Below, piece by piece: positions 27,047-36,588 of a stretch of DNA of 64,000 bases (its first letter is position 1; each line of letters starts with the position of its first letter). Source of the stretch: a virus (lineage: Duplodnaviria > Heunggongvirae > Uroviricota > Caudoviricetes); IMG/VR virus record IMGVR_UViG_3300017650_000009, one strand, 5' to 3'. The notes under the pieces are model-generated. The model did not search any database. It was not told where the DNA came from and worked only from the letters and a program-made list of their open reading frames with translations. The position numbers were made by a program, and so were the translations under genes.

Positions 27047-27343
27047 ATGAAAGATGATATACTAATTGAATCTTGTCCGGGATCGCCACGTAAACCCCAT
27101 GGTGTACGACTATTCACTTTGGGAAAGTACGGTTCCCTACGGGATGCAGGTATATATTGGGTCATGTTCTTTAGACCGTGGCTTGTCGAGCATTTTGGCT
27201 TCCCTGGCCGTGGCAATACAGCAAGATGGAATGGACCGGTTCAAGATTTGGGAATAATTACATTTACGTTTCGAGATAAAGCTGATATGGCTTATTTTAT
27301 TCTGAATTTCCAAGGACGAAATATCAAGGAATTTAATGACTAA
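27047..27343 (+). CDS. FKL-motif family protein
   Basis: FTFRDKADMAYFILNF. Confidence 0.7.
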   Translation: MKDDILIESCPGSPRKPHGVRLFTLGKYGSLRDAGIYWVMFFRPWLVEHFGFPGRGNTARWNGPVQDLGIITFTFRDKADMAYFILNFQGRNIKEFND

Positions 27344-27677
27344 ACATTTACAATCGGTTGGTAGAGCTATACGAGGGAATGCACCAAAGTCTGTCATAAT
27401 GGACTATACTCCCAATGCAATCACCTTAGCCGACCTATGTAGTGGCAAAATGTGTGGGTTCGTTCTCGAAAAGAACGACAAGATTTATGCTTGGCTAGAA
27501 TATCGAGATACCAACATGTCTAAAGTGAATATGGATTCAAAAACAGTTCAAGCACTTTATTACTGGTTCGATTATCATGATATCGAATACGAGCACAATC
27601 CTAAGGCAAATTTCTTCATATTGAAATCCCGATCCGATGCAATGAGGTTCAAACTACGGTGGGCCAATGCCATTTGA
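27336..27677 (+). CDS. FKL-motif family protein
   Basis: FILKSRSDAMRFKLRW. Confidence 0.75.
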   Translation: MTKHLQSVGRAIRGNAPKSVIMDYTPNAITLADLCSGKMCGFVLEKNDKIYAWLEYRDTNMSKVNMDSKTVQALYYWFDYHDIEYEHNPKANFFILKSRSDAMRFKLRWANAI

Positions 27678-27951
27678 TGAGGACGACATGGTAGTACTGA
27701 TTAACAATATCGAGGATGTCATAGGTGAGTTTAAGAACGATTTACCTGCGGATTTCTCAAATTTTGCTTGTTGTTTTGAATTCAGAACTCAAGATCACGA
27801 AGCTGAAGATTGCCTAATTATGCATGATGTTATAGATCAATTTCAACGTTGGGGAATAGAAAATATCCCAGGACGATTTATGTTGAGTCGCATGGCAATC
27901 TATTTTGACAATGAAGACGATGCACTGATGTTCAAACTAGCCATGCTTTAA
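27667..27951 (+). CDS. FKL-motif family protein
   Basis: IYFDNEDDALMFKLAM. Confidence 0.75.
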   Translation: MPFDEDDMVVLINNIEDVIGEFKNDLPADFSNFACCFEFRTQDHEAEDCLIMHDVIDQFQRWGIENIPGRFMLSRMAIYFDNEDDALMFKLAML

Positions 27952-28000
27952 TATTGACTTAAGAGTTTTGAGCTCAGTAGTGTGAGCAAAAGGAGTTACC

Positions 28001-28570
28001 ATGTCATCATTTCGTTTAACTGATACTCACATTTATTTCTTGGGTTCCAATTTCAGTCAATGGGTTCGTTCACCATTTGAGGGTTTCCTTCATGCTTTGG
28101 TTAATGGGAAGTTAATCCAGATTGATACTAAACTAATGTTCACTTGTGCTGAACAATATATGATGGCGTCCAAAGCGATTCTTTTTGAGGATCTCGAAAT
28201 TCTCGAAGAAATCATGGCTACCACCAATCCAGCAGATCATAAAAGACTTGGTAGAAAAGTAAAAAACTTTGATGCTGATGTTTGGAATGCTCATGCACGT
28301 GATCTCGTTTATATGGGCAATTATTGGAAATTTACTCAACATGATCCATCCAAGCAATTTCTCGATTCGGTGGGTCAACGCACAATTGTTGAAGGTGCAG
28401 ATTACGATCCCGTTTGGGGGGTAAAATTGGCATGGGACAATCCCAAAATTGAAGATGATTCTAATTGGGCTGGAACAAATTGGCTTGGCCAATGCATCAT
28501 GCGTGTTCGTGAGGATATCAAGTCACACGGTTCCGACCAAAATCCTTTTGAGTTGATTCGACCATGGTAA
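28001..28570 (+). CDS. NADAR (YbiA-like) family protein
   Basis: FSQW, AEQYMMASKA.LF.D, K.LGRKV.NFD...W, KFTQ, VEG..YD.VWG, G.NWLG..IM.VR. Confidence 0.9.
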   Translation: MSSFRLTDTHIYFLGSNFSQWVRSPFEGFLHALVNGKLIQIDTKLMFTCAEQYMMASKAILFEDLEILEEIMATTNPADHKRLGRKVKNFDADVWNAHARDLVYMGNYWKFTQHDPSKQFLDSVGQRTIVEGADYDPVWGVKLAWDNPKIEDDSNWAGTNWLGQCIMRVREDIKSHGSDQNPFELIRPW

Positions 28571-29073
28571 CTAAACCGCATAACTCAATCTGTTACATTG
28601 AGACACCAGGGCATCCAAACCTCATAATAGATGGTCATGGAAAGAGCTTTGGCTTCCCACAAGAATATGGAAGAATCAATAAACCAAATAAGGATTATTG
28701 GAAAGCATACAAGTATGTTTGGCAGTTTTATAAAAATGTAGCTGATGAAATTGGTTTTGATTTGCCATTTACTTGGGTCGTGGCTACACCTTTGAATGAA
28801 CATTATAGGAAAAGACGGTTCAACAAAGGCGTATATAAGATGGAACCTCAGGGTCCCACTTGTGCGGTACAAAGCTATTATGATTTGAAACTAGCTATTT
28901 CAAATCATAGCAATCATTTTTCGATACTTTCGAAAGAGGATTGGGATAAACGTGCTCGTATGTTCTTTATGGTTAATAAACCAGCCAAATCATTAAATTT
29001 GCCACATGGCATATATGATAGCTATTTGATTTTATGTGAGAGTTGGTTGCTAAAACAAGAAACTCGTAGTTGA
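28564..29073 (+). CDS. hypothetical protein
   Basis: ORF. Confidence 0.6.
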   Translation: MVTKPHNSICYIETPGHPNLIIDGHGKSFGFPQEYGRINKPNKDYWKAYKYVWQFYKNVADEIGFDLPFTWVVATPLNEHYRKRRFNKGVYKMEPQGPTCAVQSYYDLKLAISNHSNHFSILSKEDWDKRARMFFMVNKPAKSLNLPHGIYDSYLILCESWLLKQETRS

Positions 29074-29117
29074 CAATAATCCTTTCCATGCTATGTGAGT
29101 GTGGAAAGGAGTTTTTT

Positions 29118-29807
29118 ATGCTCGATATCAAAATTATTCAGTCGATTCTGTTTGGTCTTGTTCTTACCACAGTTTCGTATTTCGTTGGCCTCCAGGCCGG
29201 CTGGATTGAGAACCTCAATCATCTGGAAGCGCTTGCAGTATTTGCCAATTACATGAGTGCATACTTATGTGTGGTACAAGCTCGTTCCAATTATCCCATC
29301 GGCATTTTCGCAACGTTCCTATATAGCTGGTTCTATTGGACAGGCGAACCTGAGCCGGCAAAAGCACTGGCCATTTTCAACTTATATTTGGTATTCTCCC
29401 TGACATATGGCTATTTCCGTTGGGGACCAGATGGCAAGCCTCTCACGGTTTCACGCGTCAAGCCCGTTTGGTGGCTCGGTTATGTGGCAATTGGTTCGGT
29501 TGTCGGCGCATTGCTTTGGGTTGCCACACTATATGGGGCACAAATTACGCCACTCGAAGCTACGATCTTTGTTATCATGGGTGTTGCTCAGTTCCTCCTG
29601 GATAACAAGAAACTTGAAACTTGGGCTGTCTGGGCTGTAGTTAATGTGTTGAGCATTTACTTCTTCTGGACGCAGGGCTGGTACCTTGTTATGTTCCAGT
29701 ATTTGTTCTTGCTTTGCAATACGATTTGGGGCTGGTCCGAATGGGCTCGCTCGCACAAGGAAACAACAAATGCGCAAACGTTATCGAATAGCGGCATACG
29801 CTATTAG
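29118..29807 (+). CDS. pnuC: nicotinamide riboside transporter PnuC
   Basis: Multi-TM; NYPIG, YGYFRW, AQFLL..KKLETW..W..VNV, WGW.EW. Confidence 0.85.
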   Translation: MLDIKIIQSILFGLVLTTVSYFVGLQAGWIENLNHLEALAVFANYMSAYLCVVQARSNYPIGIFATFLYSWFYWTGEPEPAKALAIFNLYLVFSLTYGYFRWGPDGKPLTVSRVKPVWWLGYVAIGSVVGALLWVATLYGAQITPLEATIFVIMGVAQFLLDNKKLETWAVWAVVNVLSIYFFWTQGWYLVMFQYLFLLCNTIWGWSEWARSHKETTNAQTLSNSGIRY

Positions 29808-29994
29808 ACAAGATGGGGAGATCACATGGAAAATCCAATGGACCCGGTTGGGATTCTTTTGGAAAGATGTGATCGCCCCCGGTTATACAACTACTACTTG
29901 GACTATGCACAATCTTGCATTTGCCCAAAAGTGTGTTAAGAATCTTGAAGAAGCCGAAAATGTTCGGCACGGAAAGAAAAAGGAAAAGAAATGA
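29770..29994 (+). CDS. hypothetical protein
   Basis: AAGGA RBS; ATGA-coupled to nadR. Confidence 0.55.
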   Translation: MRKRYRIAAYAIRQDGEITWKIQWTRLGFFWKDVIAPGYTTTTWTMHNLAFAQKCVKNLEEAENVRHGKKKEKK

Positions 29995-31031
29995 TCGGCT
30001 TTCTTAACATGACTGCATTGGTGCCCACAATCGGGCACCAATATTTGGTTTCCTTCGCTGCTAGTTTTATGCAGTTGAAAAAAGGAACCCTATATGTGGT
30101 CATTAGTGGAAGGTCGTTCGAACCAATTGCGGCGAGCGATCGTCGCAATTCCTTTATCCGTCAATTCAAAGCCTATGATAACGTCATCATTACGAGTGTC
30201 GATGATGACGCTGCACCACAACAGGATGATGGTACCCAGGAGTTTTGGGATTATTGGGTTAAGATTGCAACTGATGCGACCGGTGGTGAACCAGTTGATT
30301 ATTTGTTTGCAAGTGAGACTTATGGTCAACCCTACGCGGATCAGCTAGGCGCACAGTTCATTCCTTGCGATATAAAGCGAGAAACATTCGATGTTCGTGG
30401 GACTGATGTTCGATCAAATTTGATTGAGAATTTCGATCATATCATGCCAGAGTTTCGCCAGCACATTGCGAGACGAATCACAGTTTTTGGTTCTGATTCA
30501 ACTGGCAAAACAACGATGACACTCAAATTAAAACAAGCTTTTGAACCATATTCCACATCCTTAGTGGAATGGGCTAGACCTTATTTGGAAACTGTTGGTA
30601 CCGAAGTCACTATTGGACGTATGCTGAATATCATTGCCGGACAATTTGCAATGCAGCAGGCATCAAGTGCGACAAAACTGTCACCGTTGGTATTTCAGGA
30701 TACTGATATGCTGACAACAATTGGCTATCATCGCATTTATGGTATGGATATCCCTGATGAACTAATTGAGGGGTTCAAACGTACCAAAGCCGATTTATAT
30801 CTGGTGATGAATAGTGGTATTCCATTTGAGAAAGATCCACTTCGTTATGGTAATGGAGCTCGTGAATCAACTGATCAGTTTTGGATCGATTTGCTTGAAG
30901 AATTTGATTGTGAGTATAAATGTGTTACAGAGGTAGTTCAACATGAGCAAATTGCTCAAGCCGTTGATCATGTAACAAAGTTCGTTAAGCGAGCTCATGC
31001 TCCGATCGAACAATTTGATAGGAATGCGTAA
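29991..31031 (+). CDS. nadR: NadR-like NMN adenylyltransferase / ribosylnicotinamide kinase
   Basis: PTIGH, FASETYG, VRGTDVR, P-loop GSDSTGKTT, EWAR, DTD, DPLRYG. Confidence 0.85.
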   Translation: MIGFLNMTALVPTIGHQYLVSFAASFMQLKKGTLYVVISGRSFEPIAASDRRNSFIRQFKAYDNVIITSVDDDAAPQQDDGTQEFWDYWVKIATDATGGEPVDYLFASETYGQPYADQLGAQFIPCDIKRETFDVRGTDVRSNLIENFDHIMPEFRQHIARRITVFGSDSTGKTTMTLKLKQAFEPYSTSLVEWARPYLETVGTEVTIGRMLNIIAGQFAMQQASSATKLSPLVFQDTDMLTTIGYHRIYGMDIPDELIEGFKRTKADLYLVMNSGIPFEKDPLRYGNGARESTDQFWIDLLEEFDCEYKCVTEVVQHEQIAQAVDHVTKFVKRAHAPIEQFDRNA

Positions 31032-31130
31032 TGAAACGGTCTGATGAATATCGAATGTGTTTTGGTTTGGTATTTGTGATTTTCTTCGGTTTAGCGTCCG
31101 TATATGTGCTAACCAACTATGAGGTAACTC

Positions 31131-31427
31131 GTGTCTCACACAACATTAGAAGCAATGGAGCGAATGTATCGCCGGAGTAATTTGTATCAACTAATGCGTG
31201 TTAAGGCTATTCCACCTCTAGCTTATTCAGATGAAACAATAGCGATGGCGTGGGCACAAAAAGCTGCATTACGTTATGAAAGGGATACGAAAATATGGGT
31301 TTCCGAAGTCGACGGTAAATTCATCGGTGTATTGGATTGCAAATCGTGGGAAACACAATTCTCCGGGCCAAGAACTGATACCCCAGCTCAGGCAATTATT
31401 GAGGTAATACTCCGTCATTTTCCATAA
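31131..31427 (+). CDS. hypothetical protein
   Basis: GAGG RBS before GTG. Confidence 0.65.
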   Translation: MSHTTLEAMERMYRRSNLYQLMRVKAIPPLAYSDETIAMAWAQKAALRYERDTKIWVSEVDGKFIGVLDCKSWETQFSGPRTDTPAQAIIEVILRHFP

Positions 31428-31489
31428 AATAGGTTGCAATTGGTAAGGCTCGTGTTATACGGGCTTTATCAGTTATGGGGAGACCTAAT

Positions 31490-32665
31490 ATGGATACCAC
31501 ACTTATTGTGGCACTTGTGATACCTATTCTTATCGCATTCGGTGCGAGATATTTCCTACAGCACACATTCACGTGGAAAGAATTTGCGGCACAAACCGTT
31601 GCGATCAGTTTGATTGTATCGCTCGTGTATATGGTAGGCCGGTATTCCGATGCATGGGACACCGAGTTATGGAACGGGCAAGTCACAGCAAAAGAGATAG
31701 ATCGTCGCACATGCCAATGGGGTTGGCGCGATTTTCCCGATAGTTTCTGTACGAACTATTATACGCGACAGGTTCGCGACGGTGAAACCTGTACGACTCA
31801 TACGGATTCCAAAGGCAACTCACGCCGATCATGTACTCCGAGGTATAAAACCCAATATAAATCGGTTTATCCATGGGAGCAGAAATTCTACGTATTCTCC
31901 AATGTGAAGGAAACGTATCAAATTGCGCGTGTGGATGCGCAGGGCGCTCGTACCCCACCGCGTTACACAGTTGCATACGTTGGCGAGCCAGTGAGCGCCG
32001 CTAAGTCTTACACGAACTGGATACGAGCAGCCAGTAGCAATTTGTTCTATGAGGATGGTGCTGCCGAAGACAAATATAGGGATATTCTCCCACAATACCC
32101 GGATAAGGTTTACGACTACTATAGAGTCGATCGTGTACTGGGCGTTGGTGTTCAATTCCCACAAGGATGGAATGTTCAGCTTTCTGAAAAACTAAAAACA
32201 CTTGGACCAAAAAAGCAAATGAATGCTATTGTGGTTCTAGCAGACGCCAATAAGATTGCACCGGATTTTGCTTTTGCATTGCGTCGTTTTTGGATGGGTT
32301 TCAAAAAGAATGATGCTGTAATTGTCGTGGGCCTTGATCAGGGTAACGTCAAATGGGCTGAAGTTATGAGTTGGTCCAAGAAAAGTATCTTCGATATTTC
32401 CATGCGTGATTATTTGTATTCGAAACAAGACACGGCATTCGATTTTACTGAAATGCTAGGCAAGCTTGATACGTTTGCAACTGAATATTATGAACGCCGT
32501 GAAATGAAAGAGTTCGAATACCTCAAATCACAAATTCCGACACCAACATGGTTGACAATCATGTTAGTCGTGTTAAGTGTGGGTGGAAGTATTGGACTCA
32601 CGTGGTTCTTTCACAAAGAGGATCCATTCGGTGGTAACATGAAACTTAGGAGAAGTTTTCGATGA
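31490..32665 (+). CDS. membrane protein with large periplasmic domain
   Basis: Two N-terminal TM, Cys-containing loop, C-terminal TM; coupled to LemA-like gene. Confidence 0.8.
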   Translation: MDTTLIVALVIPILIAFGARYFLQHTFTWKEFAAQTVAISLIVSLVYMVGRYSDAWDTELWNGQVTAKEIDRRTCQWGWRDFPDSFCTNYYTRQVRDGETCTTHTDSKGNSRRSCTPRYKTQYKSVYPWEQKFYVFSNVKETYQIARVDAQGARTPPRYTVAYVGEPVSAAKSYTNWIRAASSNLFYEDGAAEDKYRDILPQYPDKVYDYYRVDRVLGVGVQFPQGWNVQLSEKLKTLGPKKQMNAIVVLADANKIAPDFAFALRRFWMGFKKNDAVIVVGLDQGNVKWAEVMSWSKKSIFDISMRDYLYSKQDTAFDFTEMLGKLDTFATEYYERREMKEFEYLKSQIPTPTWLTIMLVVLSVGGSIGLTWFFHKEDPFGGNMKLRRSFR

Positions 32666-33213
32666 AACTAGGACTTATTTTGGGCGGTGTAATCGCCGTA
32701 CTTGCACTTGCATTTGGTGGAATGTATGTGAGCTATTCGAATCTCGGTGTTCGCCATGAGGCGGGTATCGAAGCCCAGGTCTCGCAGAATCAGAACAAGT
32801 ATTCTGAATTCACGCAGACTGCGGTCGAACAGATGGGCATTGCGCGTGAATATCAGGGCGCTGTTTCCAAAGTGATCAAGGAAGCAATCGAGGGCCGGTT
32901 CGGTGAGAACGGTTCCCAGGCGCTATTGCAGGCTTTCAACGAAGCTTATCCGGCCAACTTAGATCCGGATCTTTACAAGAAAGTTATGCAGACGGTCGAA
33001 GCAGGTCGACGTGACTTTGCCAATGAACAGAAAATGCTAATCAGCAAGGTTCAGGCTTACAAAATCGATCTCAAAAGTTTCTGGTCCGGTATGTGGCTGA
33101 AGCAGGCAGGATATCCAATGCTGGATCTTTCTGAACCACAGTTCAACCCAGTGATTACTGGTCAGACCCGCGATACTTTCCGTACGGGAACCGACGAAGG
33201 CATCAAATTCTAA
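32662..33213 (+). CDS. membrane-anchored LemA-like protein
   Basis: N-terminal TM, YVSYSN, EAYPAN, helical body. Confidence 0.6.
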   Translation: MKLGLILGGVIAVLALAFGGMYVSYSNLGVRHEAGIEAQVSQNQNKYSEFTQTAVEQMGIAREYQGAVSKVIKEAIEGRFGENGSQALLQAFNEAYPANLDPDLYKKVMQTVEAGRRDFANEQKMLISKVQAYKIDLKSFWSGMWLKQAGYPMLDLSEPQFNPVITGQTRDTFRTGTDEGIKF

Positions 33214-33285
33214 TACATCAAAGGGGAGGAAAATTTTCCTCCCCTTTTCCTTGACTATAAATCTAAACCCTATTATAACGACGTA

Positions 33286-33485
33286 TGGGACCAAGTAGGC
33301 AGCCAAGTTAGTGTCATCGGGATGAAGGCGCTGAAAAGTCAACCGAATAGTCCTACAAAGGAACTCAGCGTTCTGAGTTTCTGGTTGCGGATTGGATGCA
33401 CTCTCCCGGAAGTAAACGCTAACGCTTTCGGTCATAGTGGTGTGGTGTTGAGGAACGGGGAAACTCGACTTGTAGGAGACTAAAC
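33286..33485 (+). ncRNA. structured leader, manA-motif-like RNA
   Basis: TTGACT(33251)-17-TATAAC promoter; 200-nt non-coding; TAGTCCTACAA pairs with TTGTAGGAGACTA containing the RBS. Confidence 0.45.
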
Positions 33486-33635
33486 ATGGGACAGATTGTC
33501 CAAGAATATTTTCTGTGGTTCTTTGGTGCAACTATTGTTGCGGGTTGGGCACTTGGTATTGCCACATATTATTGGCGGCGAAATAAATGCCCACACAACA
33601 TGAACTGCCCACTCGTAGAAACATGTGTGCGGTAA
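33486..33635 (+). CDS. small membrane protein (49 aa, not in ORF track)
   Basis: AGGAG RBS; MGQIVQEYFLWFFGATIVAGWALGIATYYWRRNKC... Confidence 0.6.
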   Translation: MGQIVQEYFLWFFGATIVAGWALGIATYYWRRNKCPHNMNCPLVETCVR

Positions 33636-33874
33636 AGGATGATTGCGCTGTGCGAGCTTCTTTGATAGCTTTCCTTGCATTCCTATGGCTTATGTGCCCA
33701 GCGAATGCAAACGACCCTGAGGTACTAAACTTGCCGGATGGTCGGCAAGTACAAGTTATGCCGTCACCTGGGCCGGGCATTGTTGTGCAAAAATCACTAA
33801 ACGGGTTAACGTTGTTTGGTTTGAGTTTTGCGCTTGGATTCGGTGTTAGCTGGTTTATTAATCGACTTCGATGA
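33587..33874 (+). CDS. small membrane/secreted protein (start probably later)
   Basis: Signal-like segment and C-terminal TM. Confidence 0.5.
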   Translation: MPTQHELPTRRNMCAVKDDCAVRASLIAFLAFLWLMCPANANDPEVLNLPDGRQVQVMPSPGPGIVVQKSLNGLTLFGLSFALGFGVSWFINRLR

Positions 33875-33889
33875 TCGAAAGGAGATCAT

Positions 33890-34507
33890 ATGTCTTACAA
33901 ATATTTCACACGTATTGGACTTGCACTTGCGTTGGTGCTCACAACATTTGTGGGAACTGCATTTGCGGATAATTCCATCGATATTTCCACACTAACGCCG
34001 GAAAAGCTCCAGCAGATTCAAAAGATCATCGCCGAACCTTCAACGGCAGATACTGTTAAGGCAGTCGCTGATGCTGTTACTCCAGAACGTGTTAGCTCTT
34101 ATGCAGAGTTGGGCAAAGCTGTAGGGCAGGGTCTCGCGGCAACTGCTAAGGAACTTGGTATTGCTGCGAATACATTTTCGCAGACTGGCATTGGCAAAGT
34201 CGCACTATTCCTTATTGTGTGGAAACTTGCCTTGGGGAACATTGTCAGTGGTTTCCTAACAACGCTATTGGGAGTCAGTTGGCTGATTGTTGTCTTTACC
34301 ATTTGGACCCGTTATTTCCGGCATATGTGTTTGATTGAAGCCACGGAAGTCATCGAGACAACCAAATACGAAGGCGACAAAGCCATTCCGGTTAAAACCA
34401 CACGGGTCCACAATTATGAGCCGGATAATGAAGCCGTAAATGTCACTCGTTTCCTCATGTTTATTGCCCTTGCAATTGCATGTATTCCAGGTTTTATCCT
34501 GATTTAA
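33890..34507 (+). CDS. membrane protein with signal peptide
   Basis: AFA cleavage site, TM helices. Confidence 0.75.
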   Translation: MSYKYFTRIGLALALVLTTFVGTAFADNSIDISTLTPEKLQQIQKIIAEPSTADTVKAVADAVTPERVSSYAELGKAVGQGLAATAKELGIAANTFSQTGIGKVALFLIVWKLALGNIVSGFLTTLLGVSWLIVVFTIWTRYFRHMCLIEATEVIETTKYEGDKAIPVKTTRVHNYEPDNEAVNVTRFLMFIALAIACIPGFILI

Positions 34508-34578
34508 TAAAAAACAGGCTTGACAGGTTTAGTGTCCCACAGTATTGTTAGGACACTAAACGCAACAAGGAGATCGAA

Positions 34579-34905
34579 ATGCCAAACACTTTGACCCTCG
34601 CAGATTTCATCGAAAAGACCGCAAACGGAAAGATCTTTACGATCAGCTTTTACAAGCGTTCCGACGGCAACTTGCGCGTTATGAATTGCCGCCGCAATGT
34701 CCAGAAGGGCGTTACGGGCAAGGGTCTCAAGTTTGACCCGAAGGAAAAGAATCTGCTCGTGGTCTACGATATGCAGAAGATCACCGAAGGCAAAGATGAA
34801 AAAGGAGCTTTCCGTATGGTCAACCTTTCGGATCTGCAATCGCTCAAGATGGACGGCAAGTCCTATAACTGGGACAACGTCAAGCAGGAGTTCACCGAAG
34901 TCTAA
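34579..34905 (+). CDS. conserved phage protein (Sm/SH3-like barrel)
   Basis: FYKRSDGNLRVMNCR...VYD...FR.VN; AGGAGATCGA RBS. Confidence 0.75.
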   Translation: MPNTLTLADFIEKTANGKIFTISFYKRSDGNLRVMNCRRNVQKGVTGKGLKFDPKEKNLLVVYDMQKITEGKDEKGAFRMVNLSDLQSLKMDGKSYNWDNVKQEFTEV

Positions 34906-34981
34906 TAAATAGACGAAATACATATTAACCATAAGGGCCTGGAGCTTGCTCCGGGCCTTTATCTATTTGAAAAGGAATTTA

Positions 34982-35383
34982 ATGACATTCAAAAAGGGCT
35001 TGTGTGCGTTGTTAGTAACAGGAATACTGCTAGGAACGCCGGCACACGGTACTGAAGTTACGTCAAGCAAAACTATATTTGTAGCTCAAACCAAAAGTGT
35101 CAAATATCGATGTTTCCCGGCGAAATTGCAGGGAATAATTCGATTCATCCAAAGGGAAACAAAACGAAAGGTTATAATTACTTCGGGTCATAGGACCTAC
35201 GGCAGGAAAGGCTCAATGCATCGCTCATGTAGAGCCGCCGATATTCGTGTACCTGGGGTCTCAATGCGTAGACTCAAAGCTGTTGCACGTAGAGCGCCCA
35301 ACATCGGAGGAATTGGAACTTACCGGGGAAAACCTGGATTGCTCCATGTAGATGTTGGTCCGAGAAGAGAATGGACCTATTAA
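34982..35383 (+). CDS. secreted peptidase M15A (YcbK-like)
   Basis: ITSGHR, SMH..CRAADI, GGIGTY, LHVDVG..R.W. Confidence 0.85.
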   Translation: MTFKKGLCALLVTGILLGTPAHGTEVTSSKTIFVAQTKSVKYRCFPAKLQGIIRFIQRETKRKVIITSGHRTYGRKGSMHRSCRAADIRVPGVSMRRLKAVARRAPNIGGIGTYRGKPGLLHVDVGPRREWTY

Positions 35384-35406
35384 GGGCCCAAACAAAAGGA
35401 AATGTA

Positions 35407-35814
35407 ATGAAATTACTAGTATGGATAATTGCCGGCCTTCTGGTCGCGAGTTTCGGTCTCACAGTTGCTGAAGCCAAACCAAAACAGAACACCGATAAGG
35501 AAATCATCCTAGCGTATGCGGATGCTCACGGTATCCCACGCAACGTAATCAACTACGTTGCAAAGCGTGAGAGCGGGTTCAGGTGCTCACCTGGCAATCC
35601 CCGCTATAAAGGACCCCTCCAAGTCAGTCCAGGTAGTGCTCGTGCCCTCGGTTATAAGAGTGCTGAAGGACCCCTCAACAATTGCCGTGCCGGTCTCAAA
35701 TACGGCATGCGCCATCTCAAACTTTGCGTGAATAAAGTCGGCGCTAATCCAAAACGTGCCGCTCACTGCCATGCAATGCCTGCAAAATACGGCGTTCATG
35801 TAGTTTGGAAATAA
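35407..35814 (+). CDS. secreted lytic transglycosylase (SLT domain)
   Basis: RESGF, GPLQV.P.SAR.LGY, GMRHL. Confidence 0.8.
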   Translation: MKLLVWIIAGLLVASFGLTVAEAKPKQNTDKEIILAYADAHGIPRNVINYVAKRESGFRCSPGNPRYKGPLQVSPGSARALGYKSAEGPLNNCRAGLKYGMRHLKLCVNKVGANPKRAAHCHAMPAKYGVHVVWK

Positions 35815-35870
35815 GCTTGACAAAGCTCTGTTCCCTGCTACAACGTGGGGAACAGATTTTTGGAGGCATT

Positions 35871-36527
35871 ATGACTGAAACTACAACAGCATATCCACTT
35901 GATTCATACACCAATCGCAAGAGAATGAATTCCAATTTTGAAAAGGGGAAACCAGTTTGGGTTATGCTCAAAGATGGAAGTGCTCGCGATGGTTCGATCG
36001 GCCAAGCTTATCCCGTTGACAAAGTAGAAGAAGCAGGTGAACCTTTTACTTTCACTGCTGGCTCTCATTATCATTATTATGGCGTCAATCGTCTAGATGT
36101 TTTCTTCCCAGGAAAGAAACCCAAGCGTATTGATCTGGGTAAAAAGGAATTGCATTATTTGCCCTACTACAAGGGTAAAGGTGAAAATGTTTTCGTCAAA
36201 GGCGCGTCAAAGCAAAAGCATTTTCCTCTTGATCTCATGGGTAAGCCAATTACTCCCGGATGCATGATTATCTATACAAATCGTGCCGGAGTATTGCGAT
36301 TCGGTAAAGTCGAAGAGGTTTCCGAGAGTGGGCTTTCCGTACTAATTCGAACCATCGATATCGAAAATGCCCAATACACGAGTGCACCATCATATTCCTT
36401 TAGAAGCGATGGGTTGCTTCGATTGAACACCAAGTCGAATCTCCCAGACAAACGTTGTGAACAGATCAATGTGATCCGTTCGGATCTCCTAACGGATCTC
36501 ATGATGGTCAAGCTTCAAATCAAATAA
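35871..36527 (+). CDS. hypothetical protein, paralogue of 6619-7227
   Basis: DLMGKPITPG...DLMMVKLQ. Confidence 0.7.
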   Translation: MTETTTAYPLDSYTNRKRMNSNFEKGKPVWVMLKDGSARDGSIGQAYPVDKVEEAGEPFTFTAGSHYHYYGVNRLDVFFPGKKPKRIDLGKKELHYLPYYKGKGENVFVKGASKQKHFPLDLMGKPITPGCMIIYTNRAGVLRFGKVEEVSESGLSVLIRTIDIENAQYTSAPSYSFRSDGLLRLNTKSNLPDKRCEQINVIRSDLLTDLMMVKLQIK

Positions 36528-36588
36528 CGCTTGACGTCCTTGTGATTCCTGTTATACATGAGCAAATAGGAATCACAAGGAGATCGAA

